NCBI GenBank assembly: GCA_026390935.1
Contig: JAPLEZ010000152.1
Location: forward strand, 1,293 to 65,292
Source: Bacteroidota bacterium
GTDB taxonomy: Bacteria; Bacteroidota; Bacteroidia; Flavobacteriales_C; GCA-002722245
Direction of reading: 5' to 3'
DNA length: 64,000 nt
Shown here: positions 48,096-58,566 of the stretch, piece after piece
Position numbering within the stretch: the first letter of the stretch is position 1
Layout of the letters: every line of letters begins with the position of its first letter
Position numbers and translations under genes: made by a program
Notes under the pieces: model-generated
Database searches by the model: none
What the model was told of the DNA's origin: nothing
What the model saw: only the letters and a program-made list of their open reading frames with translations

Positions 48096-49307
48096 TTAAT
48101 TGAGCTCTTTTAGATAGCTGAGCATCTTTTCAGCGAGCTTTACACGGTCGAATTCCTTCACCAATTCCTCACAGCCTTTTTGAAATTCGGCATACAAAAG
48201 CTTGTCGTCTTTCATTTCATATAAGCAGTTCAAAAAGGAGTCTTTGTCTTCGGGAATGAAGCACAATCCGGCATTAAAATTTTCTATTATTTCCTTGGAT
48301 TCCCCTTCAACACCAAGGAGAATAGGTTTTCTCATGGCGGCCGACTCAAATATTTTGGATGGGATAACGGTTTTAAAAGTATCCGATCTTTTTAAGTGAA
48401 CGAGGGCAACATCCACTATAGAAACGTAATCGATGACTTTGTCTTTTGGAACGTTATCCAGAAACATAACATTGGTGATTCCTTTCTCTTTGGCGATGCG
48501 CAATAAATTTTGTTTTTCAGCACCTTCCCCCAGAAACAAAAAGTGAACATTATCGTTTTCTGTTTCTTTGGCAAAATTCAAGAAAAAGTCGAGTTTGTGC
48601 GCCATTCCATGCGTTCCTATATAACCTACAATAAATTTATCCTCTAAACCTAATTCTTTCAATAATTCGGCGCTTTTGTCTTTTGGTTGAAAGAGGTTGA
48701 GGTTAGCGCCATTTTTCACCACATGAATTTTATTGTCGTCGATCCCGCGTCCTGCGATGTTCTTTTTAAAGGCTTCCGTCACAGTAATAATCATGGTGGC
48801 ACGGCGGTACAGAAACATTTCCAGTTTCTCCAGGTACTTGAAAATCTTACTATCTTCTTTTATGGCACTAACTGCTTTAATGGATTCGGGCCAAAGGTCG
48901 CGGACTTCAAACACCCAAGGTTTTCTTTTAAAAACCGATAGTAGCCATCCTGTGGGAGTTGTAAAAAACTGAGGGGAGGTAGCAATAATCAAATCGGTTT
49001 TAACAAACAAACCAGCCCAAAAAGCCATAAAACCAAAGCTCATGAAATCTAAAATTCTTTTTACAAATCCTTCGTTGGCAGTGATGTACGACCAAACGCG
49101 AATCACTTTAATGCCATTGATGTATTCTACTTGTCGGAGTTTGTTTTTATAGCCAGGATAAACTTTTCCTTTCGGGAAATTTGGAGCGCAGGTAATTACA
49201 GTGACTTCAACACCTTGTTTCATCCATTCCATACAATGCTCGTAGGTACGGGTGGCGGGAGCATTGACTTCCGGTGGAAAATTATCTGTAATAAATAAAA
49301 TACGCAT
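48096..49307 (-). CDS. Glycosyltransferase family 4 (WbuB-like)
   Basis: NFPPE, TSPQFF, EVRDLWPES, GTHGMAH, PSKIFE. Confidence 0.9.
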   Translation of the reverse strand: MRILFITDNFPPEVNAPATRTYEHCMEWMKQGVEVTVITCAPNFPKGKVYPGYKNKLRQVEYINGIKVIRVWSYITANEGFVKRILDFMSFGFMAFWAGLFVKTDLIIATSPQFFTTPTGWLLSVFKRKPWVFEVRDLWPESIKAVSAIKEDSKIFKYLEKLEMFLYRRATMIITVTEAFKKNIAGRGIDDNKIHVVKNGANLNLFQPKDKSAELLKELGLEDKFIVGYIGTHGMAHKLDFFLNFAKETENDNVHFLFLGEGAEKQNLLRIAKEKGITNVMFLDNVPKDKVIDYVSIVDVALVHLKRSDTFKTVIPSKIFESAAMRKPILLGVEGESKEIIENFNAGLCFIPEDKDSFLNCLYEMKDDKLLYAEFQKGCEELVKEFDRVKLAEKMLSYLKELN

Positions 49308-49309
49308 TT

Positions 49310-50857
49310 CTATACTTTCACCCTTGAGACAGAAGTGTTTATGTCGCTTTCAAATTCAATTACGGCTTTCGTGCCTTCCTCTAATGTATTAAATTCTTCT
49401 GAAAGGGTATACTTTTGCAAAGATACGTTTTTTACCTTATCGAAAGATATTTTCCATTTGTCGGCTTGCAATATATTGTTATTCAAAACAACATTGACAG
49501 AGGGGTGGAAGTGAATATTAAACGTGCCTATTAAATTGCTTCCTTCGAGCGTGTCACTAATCGTAAATTCTCTGTCATTTATTTTCTTCCAGCTTCTATA
49601 GTGGATGCAGTCGCTATAGCCATTGTGGTGGCCAGTAATTTCATTTTTTTGTTCTACATCAATAATAACAGTGCACCTTTTACCTACGCGGAAACCTCCC
49701 CAGGTGTCCACCTGATTTTGCTCACCTACTTGTACAGTGTTGTGATTTTTTGTGGAGCGTTCTTCTTCCCGACGATGATTCTTGTCATAAGTTGAAATTC
49801 CTGGATCAACAATGATGGGTTGTTGGTCGTACAATACAAAAGAAAAAATATCGGCGTGGGCGTGACCAGGAATATAATCGGGTCCGATTTTCCCGATGTC
49901 CATTACGAGTTCAGCGCCATCAATGTCCCATTTTCTGTATCCCGAATCGGAAAGCGCAGCAATACCAATAGAAAGGTTTAAGCGCTTTGCATAAGCGAAT
50001 ATCTCCGCAGAGCTGGGGGCAATATTTTTTGCCGAGTCATTCAATAATGGGATGTCGCCATTTTTCATCGTAATGGTGTTGAGCCACGCGAGCATTTTTT
50101 CGGCATAAGATTTTAACAATGCCTTTTCGTTTTGCTCCTTGGAGAAATTGTAGCAGTCGAGTAACCGAGTGAGAATAATTTGATGGTACATCGGACTCAA
50201 TTCAAAATGACCGCAATCTTGTAAAATTTGTTCCTTCAATTCTGATTCGATCAATGAAAAACCTTTCTTCTTCAATTTCTCATCGTTGAAATACAATCCA
50301 CCAATATATAAGGCAAAAGCATTTTCCAAAAGATGATTGCCCAAAAGATGGTATTCAACATGTTTGTTTAAAATACAGTACTGACTGTATAAACTCTGGT
50401 CGATGGCCTTGTCCTCAATTTTATGTTTGCAAATAAATTTTATCCAATTTATGCCGCGCAAGGAAATTGGGTAAGGCTCGTTAGCGTTTTGGAGGTGTTG
50501 CAATTGACTTTCGAAATTCTCCATCAAAGCCAATCCTTCTTCTTTCGTGATAGAGGCCTGATTTAAAAAATCAAAATAATTTAGGTTGTAGGTCCATAAC
50601 TTTCCGTTCAGCGCATAATCCCAGTTGATTGCTTCAAAAGTGACTGACCGATTCAAAAATGTAAAAGTGTTTTGCTTTGCAGATTCGTTGGCAGGGATCC
50701 ACTCGGTAAAACGTAAAATTCTTCCTTGTTTATACTTGTTGAATTTTGGTCGATAGCCGGTAAATTTTCTGAATAGCGCACGAAACTTATAATAAAGCTG
50801 ATAAAAAATCTGCTTTGCCTTGAGGTGTTTTAATGTATGATAATAGCGGGACAACAT
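49310..50857 (-). CDS. Heparinase II/III family protein
   Basis: LWTYNLNYF, GNHLLENA, GHFELSPMYH, GHAHAD, VDPGISTY, RST..HNT. Confidence 0.88.
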   Translation of the reverse strand: MLSRYYHTLKHLKAKQIFYQLYYKFRALFRKFTGYRPKFNKYKQGRILRFTEWIPANESAKQNTFTFLNRSVTFEAINWDYALNGKLWTYNLNYFDFLNQASITKEEGLALMENFESQLQHLQNANEPYPISLRGINWIKFICKHKIEDKAIDQSLYSQYCILNKHVEYHLLGNHLLENAFALYIGGLYFNDEKLKKKGFSLIESELKEQILQDCGHFELSPMYHQIILTRLLDCYNFSKEQNEKALLKSYAEKMLAWLNTITMKNGDIPLLNDSAKNIAPSSAEIFAYAKRLNLSIGIAALSDSGYRKWDIDGAELVMDIGKIGPDYIPGHAHADIFSFVLYDQQPIIVDPGISTYDKNHRREEERSTKNHNTVQVGEQNQVDTWGGFRVGKRCTVIIDVEQKNEITGHHNGYSDCIHYRSWKKINDREFTISDTLEGSNLIGTFNIHFHPSVNVVLNNNILQADKWKISFDKVKNVSLQKYTLSEEFNTLEEGTKAVIEFESDINTSVSRVKV

Positions 50858-50870
50858 AGCCCGAAGATAA

Positions 50871-52265
50871 TTATTTTTGATAGTATAATTTCTCTTCCTT
50901 AATTATGCCCCAATACTGAAGTAGTTTGCAATTGGTCCTTGAATCTTCTGGTTTTGTGAATTTTCCCCAAGCTATTATTCCGCAATTGCTGTTGATCAAC
51001 ACTATTTTTTCCTTTGATTCCGCCAGTTGGTGCAGCGCATTTTTTTCGCATACATTTCTGTCGAATTTTGCTTTATCTGTAAAAGTGAAAATGCAAGAAA
51101 AAAGTACAATGACGGACAAGTAAATTGTTTTTTTCTTGCCCGTAAAACTTTTAATTAAAAAGACTGAAGAAGCGCCAAAGTAAAAAATCAAACACAACGT
51201 AACGGGTAAGAACGTATCGTAACGAATGATGTTTTCACGGTAGTTTTTATATCCTCCTAAAGGAAGTAGAAGGATGTATAGTAAAGAAAATAGACTGATC
51301 CATTTCAATGTCCGCAACAATTTGGAGCCTTCCTCATTATGGAAATATTTTTTGATGAACAAGCTGTTTGCAATGATCAGCAGAAGTATCAGCGGCCATG
51401 CTATACGTGCACTAAAAATAAAATACAAACCTTTTGGCAATCGGGAATACCTTTCCAAAAGTCCTACATTTTCACCAATAAATATGGAGTTGTTCCTTCC
51501 GATGTAAAGCGAGTAGATGCTTACCAAAGAAATCAAAATTAATATGGTAAGATAAAACGGCGGAATTTCTTTTATTTTTTTTCGTGGATCATTAAAAATG
51601 AAAAGAAGAGAGAGCACCAACACAACTCCCGGATTTAATGGTCCGCTCAAAGGTAAAGCAATGGCCAACACAACAAGAAATATTTTGCCGAGCAAGGAAT
51701 TGTCGGGAGATTTCTTTTGAAAATATATTTGAAAAAATGGCTTATAAAACAGCAATAAAAAAGCACAAGGCAAGGCGTAAAAAAAGCTATAGGTGATGGA
51801 TTGGTCGATAATGCCCATATAAGCCTGATAGCCATTGTTCTGAAAGAGAGGAGTGATGATTACGGCAGCAATCAGGAATTCTATTTTGAAAATGTTTTTG
51901 CTTCCCGAAATGAAAAAAGCCAGTAAATAGAGAATCATTGTTTGGATCAATATTTTGGCAATTGCACAGGATAAATAAACGCTGTTGATTGGGTCGGTTA
52001 TTTTTTGGAGCAACAGAGGAATATTTTTAAAGTATTCTGCAAAAGTCCAGTGCACAAAAAAACGATTGGGGTTAGAATACATTTCATTTTTCGTGATAAC
52101 GCCAATACCAAAAGGATCTTCAAATATTTTTTTTACATCTTCATTAATAATTATCCCTCCTGCAACATCGCCATCCAGTGGAGTGGTGTAATGTTGGAAG
52201 AATGAAAAACTCAAATCGGCCATTAAGGCGACAAAAAGAAAATATATAATATACCGTTTCGACAT
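50871..52265 (-). CDS. Hypothetical polytopic membrane protein (possibly glycan-related)
   Basis: Many TM segments; co-oriented upstream of polysaccharide genes. Confidence 0.65.
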   Translation of the reverse strand: MSKRYIIYFLFVALMADLSFSFFQHYTTPLDGDVAGGIIINEDVKKIFEDPFGIGVITKNEMYSNPNRFFVHWTFAEYFKNIPLLLQKITDPINSVYLSCAIAKILIQTMILYLLAFFISGSKNIFKIEFLIAAVIITPLFQNNGYQAYMGIIDQSITYSFFYALPCAFLLLFYKPFFQIYFQKKSPDNSLLGKIFLVVLAIALPLSGPLNPGVVLVLSLLFIFNDPRKKIKEIPPFYLTILILISLVSIYSLYIGRNNSIFIGENVGLLERYSRLPKGLYFIFSARIAWPLILLLIIANSLFIKKYFHNEEGSKLLRTLKWISLFSLLYILLLPLGGYKNYRENIIRYDTFLPVTLCLIFYFGASSVFLIKSFTGKKKTIYLSVIVLFSCIFTFTDKAKFDRNVCEKNALHQLAESKEKIVLINSNCGIIAWGKFTKPEDSRTNCKLLQYWGIIKEEKLYYQK

Positions 52266-52404
52266 GAGTTGAAAGATACTAAAAAAGCTATTTACTTAAT
52301 TCTCTGTAAATCAATAGCATCAATTATTTCAGAAATTTCACACCGTAAATTGGTTATGGTTTGTCCACTTACTTTAGACTTCTAACCTTAAGGAAGAGCT
52401 AAAG

Positions 52405-52749
52405 ATGGAAAATCAAATCACTCCGGTGGCACAAACCATTCTGGATCAAATACAATATACCGATTGCTGTGCTTTAAAGGCTTGGGGAGCCAGCGAATTT
52501 TATTCGGTTCCTGCTTCTAAAGAATACCAAGGCGGATTGCAATTTACGGTTGACGGTGTGGAGTTTAAGGGAACAGTGAAAATTGAATTGCGTTGGATTG
52601 ACGATTATGTTGTTTCATTTATTAAGAGTGGAAAAATTCGACATCAAGTGAAATCCGTGTATTATGATATGCTGGTGGATGTGATTGATTATGTGGAAGG
52701 AAAACAACCCAATACCAGCAATAAAAATTTAAAGTATAAATTATGGTAG
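52405..52749 (+). CDS. Hypothetical protein, phage/MGE-type family
   Basis: VAQTILDQI...GLQF.V.G...DDYVV...VY.DML..VID pattern, recalled from small phage proteins. Confidence 0.6.
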   Translation: MENQITPVAQTILDQIQYTDCCALKAWGASEFYSVPASKEYQGGLQFTVDGVEFKGTVKIELRWIDDYVVSFIKSGKIRHQVKSVYYDMLVDVIDYVEGKQPNTSNKNLKYKLW

Positions 52750-52848
52750 TCAATAACAAGTCTGCAAAATCGCAGGACAAAACATCACTATAGTCATTTT
52801 TATAGGAGGTTTAAGTCGGTAAATTTATTTTCATTTATAAATTTCCCT

Positions 52849-53289
52849 ATGACTAAATTAGAAATGACAGAAATGGTTCTGTTGGCAAAAGCAAAAAAGA
52901 AATTGCAATGGGCAGAGATTTCAGCGGCGCTCGGTTTGTCGGAAGTTTTTACCACTTCCGCTTGTCTCGGACAAAATACTTTTTCCAAATCCGAAGCTGA
53001 AAAATTGGGCGCTATGCTTTCTTTACCAGAAGACGCAGTAGCTGCCTTGCAGGTTTTTCCAACGAAGGGACAAGGGCAAGTAGTTCCTTCCGATCCGCTG
53101 CTTTACCGCTTTTATGAAATTTGTTATGTGTACGGACCAACCATGAAAGAACTTATTCATGAAAAAATGGGCGATGGCATTATGAGCGCCATCGATTTTA
53201 CTATGGACATAGAGAAGGTGGAAGACCCAAAAGGCGATAGAGTGAAAGTGACTTTGAATGGAAAGTTTTTAGCGTATAAAAAATGGTGA
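52849..53289 (+). CDS. cynS: Cyanate hydratase (cyanase)
   Basis: DPLLYRFYE, HEKMGDGIMSAIDF, GKFLAY. Confidence 0.95.
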   Translation: MTKLEMTEMVLLAKAKKKLQWAEISAALGLSEVFTTSACLGQNTFSKSEAEKLGAMLSLPEDAVAALQVFPTKGQGQVVPSDPLLYRFYEICYVYGPTMKELIHEKMGDGIMSAIDFTMDIEKVEDPKGDRVKVTLNGKFLAYKKW

Positions 53290-53418
53290 TTTACAGTTGA
53301 TGTTTGAAAGCGGAAATTAATAAAAAGTGGCACTAACGAACTAGCATTGTCATGAGTTAAGGTTAATGATCGTAGTAGAATTTTTACTACCTTCATTTTT
53401 TAAAATAAACCTTTTACC

Positions 53419-53769
53419 ATGTCAGAATTTCCTCCTTGCCCGAAATGTAAATCACCCTATACTTATGATTCAGGATCTTTATTAACTTGTCCGGAATGCG
53501 GCCACGAATGGAGCGCCGAAGAAGTGAAGGCCGAAGAATCAGGTGCCAATGATGCGCAAGTTGTGAGAGACAGTAACGGCGCTATTTTACAAGATGGCGA
53601 TACCGTGGTGGTGATAAAAGATTTGCCTGTAAAGGGCTATTCCAAAAACATCAAAGCCGGAACAAAAGTGAAAAACATTCGCTTGACGGATGGTGATCAC
53701 AATATTGATTGTAAGGTAGAAGGTTTTGGGGCAATGGCGCTCAAATCTATTTTTGTGAAGAAGGCCTAA
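53419..53769 (+). CDS. yjdM: Zinc ribbon protein YjdM (PhnA family)
   Basis: PPCPKC..YTY...CPECGHEW, DSNG..LQDGD.V.VIKDL.VKG. Confidence 0.92.
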   Translation: MSEFPPCPKCKSPYTYDSGSLLTCPECGHEWSAEEVKAEESGANDAQVVRDSNGAILQDGDTVVVIKDLPVKGYSKNIKAGTKVKNIRLTDGDHNIDCKVEGFGAMALKSIFVKKA

Positions 53770-53777
53770 CTCTCTTT

Positions 53778-53799
53778 TTTGTGCTGAGCTCAGCACAAA
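53778..53799. repeat. Perfect 22-bp palindrome
   Basis: TTTGTGCTGAG|CTCAGCACAAA with no loop. Confidence 0.7.
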
Positions 53800-53838
53800 T
53801 CAGTTTGTATAAAATACTTACTTTTAAGTCTTACAAGA

Positions 53839-54687
53839 ATGGCAAAGTTTAATAAAACCGATATTTCCAACTATTACAGTTCTACGCACACTCATTACGA
53901 ACAGTGGTGGGGTTTAAAAAACACATTGTCGTTGCACTACGGAATTTGGGATGAAACAACGAAAAATTTTGCCGAGTCATTGGTGAACACAAATAAAGTG
54001 CTTTTTGAAAAGGGTAAAATTAGCGATGGGGATTATGTTTTAGATGCCGGTTGTGGAGTGGGAGGTGCCGCTTTTTTTATGCTGCATGAAAAAAAAGTAC
54101 GAGTAGAAGGAATTACATTGAGTGAAAAGCAAATAAAATTCGCTCAGGAAAAGGCAAAAAATTTGAATTTATCTGAAAGGGTTTCTTTTCATTTAATGGA
54201 TTACACGCAAACAACTTTTCCCGACGAAACCTTTGATGTTGTTTGGGCTTGCGAAAGTTGTTGTCATGCAACTAATAAATCCGATTTTATTAAAGAGGCA
54301 TATCGCATTCTTAAAAAAGGAGGGCGTTTGGTTTTGGTAGATTATTTTCTTGAATCGGAAACGCAAAAAGATGAAAATTCATACATTGAAAAGTGGATCA
54401 CTTCGTGGGCAATTTCAAATTTAGTATCGCGAGAATATTTTACTACGGAATTGCAAAACCATGGATTTAAAAATATTCAGCTTCACGATTATACAAAGGC
54501 CATTTACAAAAGTGCACGTCGCATGTATTTGGCAGGTATTGTTGGAGGTGTGGTTTCTAAAATTTACAATGCTTTTCATCCTAACGTAACTCCTTTTGCC
54601 AAAACGCATTCTAAAAGCGTAGTATATCAGTACAAGGCTTTGAATAAAAATTTATGGAAATATGTTGTTTTCTCAGCTGAGAAATAG
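53839..54687 (+). CDS. Class I SAM-dependent methyltransferase (tocopherol/sterol MT-like)
   Basis: LHYGIW, VLDAGCGVGG, GITLSEKQ, FDVVWACES..H, LKKGG. Confidence 0.85.
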   Translation: MAKFNKTDISNYYSSTHTHYEQWWGLKNTLSLHYGIWDETTKNFAESLVNTNKVLFEKGKISDGDYVLDAGCGVGGAAFFMLHEKKVRVEGITLSEKQIKFAQEKAKNLNLSERVSFHLMDYTQTTFPDETFDVVWACESCCHATNKSDFIKEAYRILKKGGRLVLVDYFLESETQKDENSYIEKWITSWAISNLVSREYFTTELQNHGFKNIQLHDYTKAIYKSARRMYLAGIVGGVVSKIYNAFHPNVTPFAKTHSKSVVYQYKALNKNLWKYVVFSAEK

Positions 54688-54693
54688 CGCAAT

Positions 54694-55944
54694 TTATTTT
54701 CCTTTTTTAAACAGTAGATCGTAATACAATTTAGGATGCATCAGTCTTTTCTTGGAAATCCGATGATGGAAAATATCCTGCATGAGGCTGTTTGTGTTCG
54801 GTCGTTTCGAAATGAAGTTTAATAAACCAAGTAAAATCCAATTGAAAAATCGAATGCGAAGCAGAGGATAAAATAATCTTCCCATGGCTAAAAACTTTTC
54901 AATGCGCGTGTAAATTTCATCTTCATAAGATTGCAAAAATTCTTTTGAAAAATTTTGTTGCGCCAAAGCTTCCTGTGCTTTCAACGCAGCAAGTTTACCA
55001 CTTAACATGGCTTGATAAATTCCGTTGGCAGTAATGAAATCAATTAATCCTGCCGAATCACCAGCCAACAAAAATCTATCGCCAGTGAGGGTTCTTTTTT
55101 GAATGCCTAAATATAATTTTGATCCTTCAAATTTACTTATGCGCGTGGCCTTTGAAAACTTTTGTTTTAATACCGGATTGGTAGCAATAATTTCTTCAAT
55201 CATTTCCTTCAAGGGAATGTTTTTTCTATTGGCTTTTTGAAGCGAAAGCACCATGTTTACATTGTATTCATTGTTTGGCAAAGGAGTGATGAATACTCCA
55301 CCTGGCATTATTCTTTTATCAAAAAATAGTTCTCCGGTTTCTTTTGCACAATCTACATTTTTGTAGTAGGCGCGAATTCCAACATTGCAATATTTTGGAG
55401 ATTGTTCAAGGTTCAATAATTTTAAAACCGAGTTGTTTGAGCCCGTTGCAACAATCACTAATTTGGCCTTGATGCATTCTCCGTTTTTTGTAAAAAGTTT
55501 TATCCCGTCCGACTCTTTTTCCAAGGCTGAAATTCTGCACTTTTCCATCACTGTGGCGTAGGTGCTTTCTTTCACTTTGTTGAGTAAAATACTGTCGAAG
55601 TTTATTCTTGAAATACAATAACAGCTCGGCTCATCTGTACTGCCTCCAAATGGAACTTGTGCAATTTTTAATGGTTTGTTATTGGTAGGGTAAATATGAC
55701 TTTGCCAAATGGGATTGATTTCATTTTTTTCGCGAAGAGAGCGAATGATGTTCGGATCAATTTCATTGAGCATTCTCAATACACCGGCAGTGATAACATC
55801 GGCACATGGTTTCTGACGTGGAAAAGATGCGGCGTCAACAATAATGTGCTTTATTTGATTTTTGGAAAGTGCTAAGCTAGCCGCCGAACCTGCTGGTCCA
55901 GCTCCAATGATACAAACGTCGGTATTGAAATGCACACTTTCCAT
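54694..55944 (-). CDS. Geranylgeranyl reductase family FAD-dependent oxidoreductase
   Basis: IIGAGPAGS, FPRQKPC, LAGDSAGLID..TANGI..AM.SG. Confidence 0.85.
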   Translation of the reverse strand: MESVHFNTDVCIIGAGPAGSAASLALSKNQIKHIIVDAASFPRQKPCADVITAGVLRMLNEIDPNIIRSLREKNEINPIWQSHIYPTNNKPLKIAQVPFGGSTDEPSCYCISRINFDSILLNKVKESTYATVMEKCRISALEKESDGIKLFTKNGECIKAKLVIVATGSNNSVLKLLNLEQSPKYCNVGIRAYYKNVDCAKETGELFFDKRIMPGGVFITPLPNNEYNVNMVLSLQKANRKNIPLKEMIEEIIATNPVLKQKFSKATRISKFEGSKLYLGIQKRTLTGDRFLLAGDSAGLIDFITANGIYQAMLSGKLAALKAQEALAQQNFSKEFLQSYEDEIYTRIEKFLAMGRLFYPLLRIRFFNWILLGLLNFISKRPNTNSLMQDIFHHRISKKRLMHPKLYYDLLFKKGK

Positions 55945-56062
55945 TCGGTTAATAACAGCGCAAGTTAATCATCAAATTTGATTCTTTGAATCCTTTTTAT
56001 TTTTTCGTTCTTCATACTTAAGTGCGAATGATCTCCGTTGTCCCTTCACTAAAGAAATCGGG

Positions 56063-56737
56063 ATGCTGACTTTACTTAAAAAAAACGATCGTTTAGGAAC
56101 AAGTTTGTTCCTGCTTTTTTGCACTCTTTTTTGCGCTTCATTGCTATACGCGCGCATGTACATCACGCAAAACAAAGCTTTTGTTTTATTGAACTGGAAC
56201 TTGTTTTTAGCCATAGTCCCCTGGCTATTGACTTCTTTAATGATGCTGAGTGCTACGCTGCGCAAAAGCAAATTGGTGCTGTTTATTTTTTTATGTGTGT
56301 GGCTGCTGTTTTTCCCTAATTCACCTTATATCCTCACCGACCTGATTCACTTGAAAAAAAGAGCGGGCATTCCAATGTGGTTCGATTTATTAATGATTTT
56401 ATCTTATGCCTGGACGGGCTTGCTTTTTGGCTTTGTGAGCTTGCAAGATATTCATCGCCTGTTGTATGATAATATGTCGAAGTGGATAAGCAATTGCATC
56501 ATTGTTTTCTTATTGTTTCTGGGAAGTGCCGGAATTTTTTTAGGTCGGTTTTTGCGTTGGAACAGCTGGGATATCATTCACCGTCCCAAAGGAATCGCCA
56601 ATGAATTAAGTGAGCGTATTTTTAATCCCGAAGATTATTTGCCCATGTGGTTGTTCACGTTGGTAATGGGAGTGCTGCTGAACACAATGTATTGGTCGGT
56701 AAGTTTGCTGAAGAAAAATAGTGAGTTGAGTGTGTAG
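56063..56737 (+). CDS. DUF1361 membrane protein
   Basis: WNLFLA, WLLFFPNSPYILTDLIHL, GRFLRWNSWD. Confidence 0.9.
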   Translation: MLTLLKKNDRLGTSLFLLFCTLFCASLLYARMYITQNKAFVLLNWNLFLAIVPWLLTSLMMLSATLRKSKLVLFIFLCVWLLFFPNSPYILTDLIHLKKRAGIPMWFDLLMILSYAWTGLLFGFVSLQDIHRLLYDNMSKWISNCIIVFLLFLGSAGIFLGRFLRWNSWDIIHRPKGIANELSERIFNPEDYLPMWLFTLVMGVLLNTMYWSVSLLKKNSELSV

Positions 56738-56801
56738 TGACCAACTTTTCCAACATCATGATTTTATTTATATTTAAACCATCCTTTAAATAACTTATAT
56801 C

Positions 56802-58565
56802 ATGAAAAAAATTGGTCTTCTACATTTAATCCTCCTTTCATTTTTTGTTAACTCAGTAGCTCAGGAATCTCCTGCCATCATGATTGAAGACTTTGAAGAT
56901 GGAAATACTCAAAGTATTTTAGGCGGATATTGGTACAGTTTTAACGACAATCAGGGTGGTGGAAAAAGCACCATTAAACAAGCCTCATGGCAGCAAGGTT
57001 TTGTAACAACAGGCGGACATGAGTCAACGGGAATGTTTCAGGTAGAGGTGGTGTTGGACAAAGGAAATTATCAATGGGATCCATACTATGCTTTTGGAAC
57101 TTCTGTTGCAAAATCAGCTTCAGTTAATCCATCTTTATTCGCAGGAATATCATATTGGCACAAAGGAGTAGGGCATGAGCTTCGGGTGGAAACGGAAGAA
57201 ATTACTGATTATGATTTTTATGCAATTCCTGTGCCTGCCGCTGCCGACTGGACTTTGGTGACTATTGATTTTTCAACGCTTACGCAAGGTGGATGGGGAA
57301 AAAAGGTAAATCTCAATTTGGCCAATTCAATAAAATTGGTGTGGAATGCCAACAAAACTTCTGGTAATTTTCAAATTGACGACATTGGTTTTGTCAAAGA
57401 AATCAAGTACGAAAAACAAAACAATATGGTCATTCGTCCTGCTGAAATTCCAGCGCCAGTATTGGTAAAAGGAAATATTTCCAGTTCCTTAAATGACTTA
57501 TCAAAAAAGTATTTAACCAAAGGAATGAATTTGGCGAGTTGGGCCGAAGCAGGAAAAATTAATACGGCTAACACTTCGGATTGGAAATACAATGAAGCAA
57601 CTATAAAACTGCAGGCGGATCAAGGATTGCTGGGCATTCGTTTTCCTATCGATTTGGATTTGTATGTGGTGGATAGAATCAATGTTTTAAATGGCACGCT
57701 AAAGAAAATTGAAATAGAACCAATGCTATATACTTTGTTGGATTCCATGAACACGTGGACAAAGCGCTACAAATTATCTTTAACAATCGACTATCACGCT
57801 TACGATGGAAGTTACAATCGGTCCTCATCAAAAGATCCTAAATTTCGTGAAGCCGTATCATCTTTATGGCGTGTAATTGCTGCGCATTTTATCACTGAAA
57901 AACGCGAAGATCTTTTCTTTGAATTGACGAATGAACCTTGTTTAAGTTTACCAGAAGGAGAGTATATTGATCAGGCTGATTGGACCCTGCTCGCACAAAT
58001 GATGATTGATTCCATCCGTACAATCGACAAAACTCGTCCCATAATTTTTGGCGATACAAAATGGTACAGTCTGGATGAATTAATTAAAAATAAACCACTC
58101 AAAGACAAATACGTGATTTACTGTTTTCACATGTACGATCCTTTTGTTTTTTCACATCAAGGCGCGTCATGGGCAAGCATGGGAACCATGAAGAATGTTC
58201 CTTTTCCGTATTCACCTGAACGTTGGTCAACGGAGTATCGCGACTTTGGTGTCACCAATGGAACGCCACAGTGGGTGAAGGACAACATGGGTAAATATTA
58301 TCAGGAAGGCAACAAACAGTTCATCAAAAATCGATTGGCAAAAGTAAAAAACTGGGCCTTCGATAATCAGGTGCCTTTAATTTGTAACGAGTGGGGCGCT
58401 TATCCTAAATCTGCTAAAATTGAAGACTTAAATGCCTACTTCAAAACCATGGGTGAAATTTTTAAGGAGATGGATATTTCATGGCAGGTGTGGTTTGGTA
58501 TTATGGATTCGGAAAATAAATTATTGCCAGGAATGGCGGAGGCTTTGGATTTAAAAAAGAAGTAA
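56802..58565 (+). CDS. Glycoside hydrolase family 5 with an N-terminal CBM11/CIA30-like domain
   Basis: Signal peptide; IEDFEDG...W.LVTIDF CBM; catalytic IDYH, ELTNEP, FHMYDP, CNEWG. Confidence 0.88.
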   Translation: MKKIGLLHLILLSFFVNSVAQESPAIMIEDFEDGNTQSILGGYWYSFNDNQGGGKSTIKQASWQQGFVTTGGHESTGMFQVEVVLDKGNYQWDPYYAFGTSVAKSASVNPSLFAGISYWHKGVGHELRVETEEITDYDFYAIPVPAAADWTLVTIDFSTLTQGGWGKKVNLNLANSIKLVWNANKTSGNFQIDDIGFVKEIKYEKQNNMVIRPAEIPAPVLVKGNISSSLNDLSKKYLTKGMNLASWAEAGKINTANTSDWKYNEATIKLQADQGLLGIRFPIDLDLYVVDRINVLNGTLKKIEIEPMLYTLLDSMNTWTKRYKLSLTIDYHAYDGSYNRSSSKDPKFREAVSSLWRVIAAHFITEKREDLFFELTNEPCLSLPEGEYIDQADWTLLAQMMIDSIRTIDKTRPIIFGDTKWYSLDELIKNKPLKDKYVIYCFHMYDPFVFSHQGASWASMGTMKNVPFPYSPERWSTEYRDFGVTNGTPQWVKDNMGKYYQEGNKQFIKNRLAKVKNWAFDNQVPLICNEWGAYPKSAKIEDLNAYFKTMGEIFKEMDISWQVWFGIMDSENKLLPGMAEALDLKKK

Positions 58566-58566
58566 G

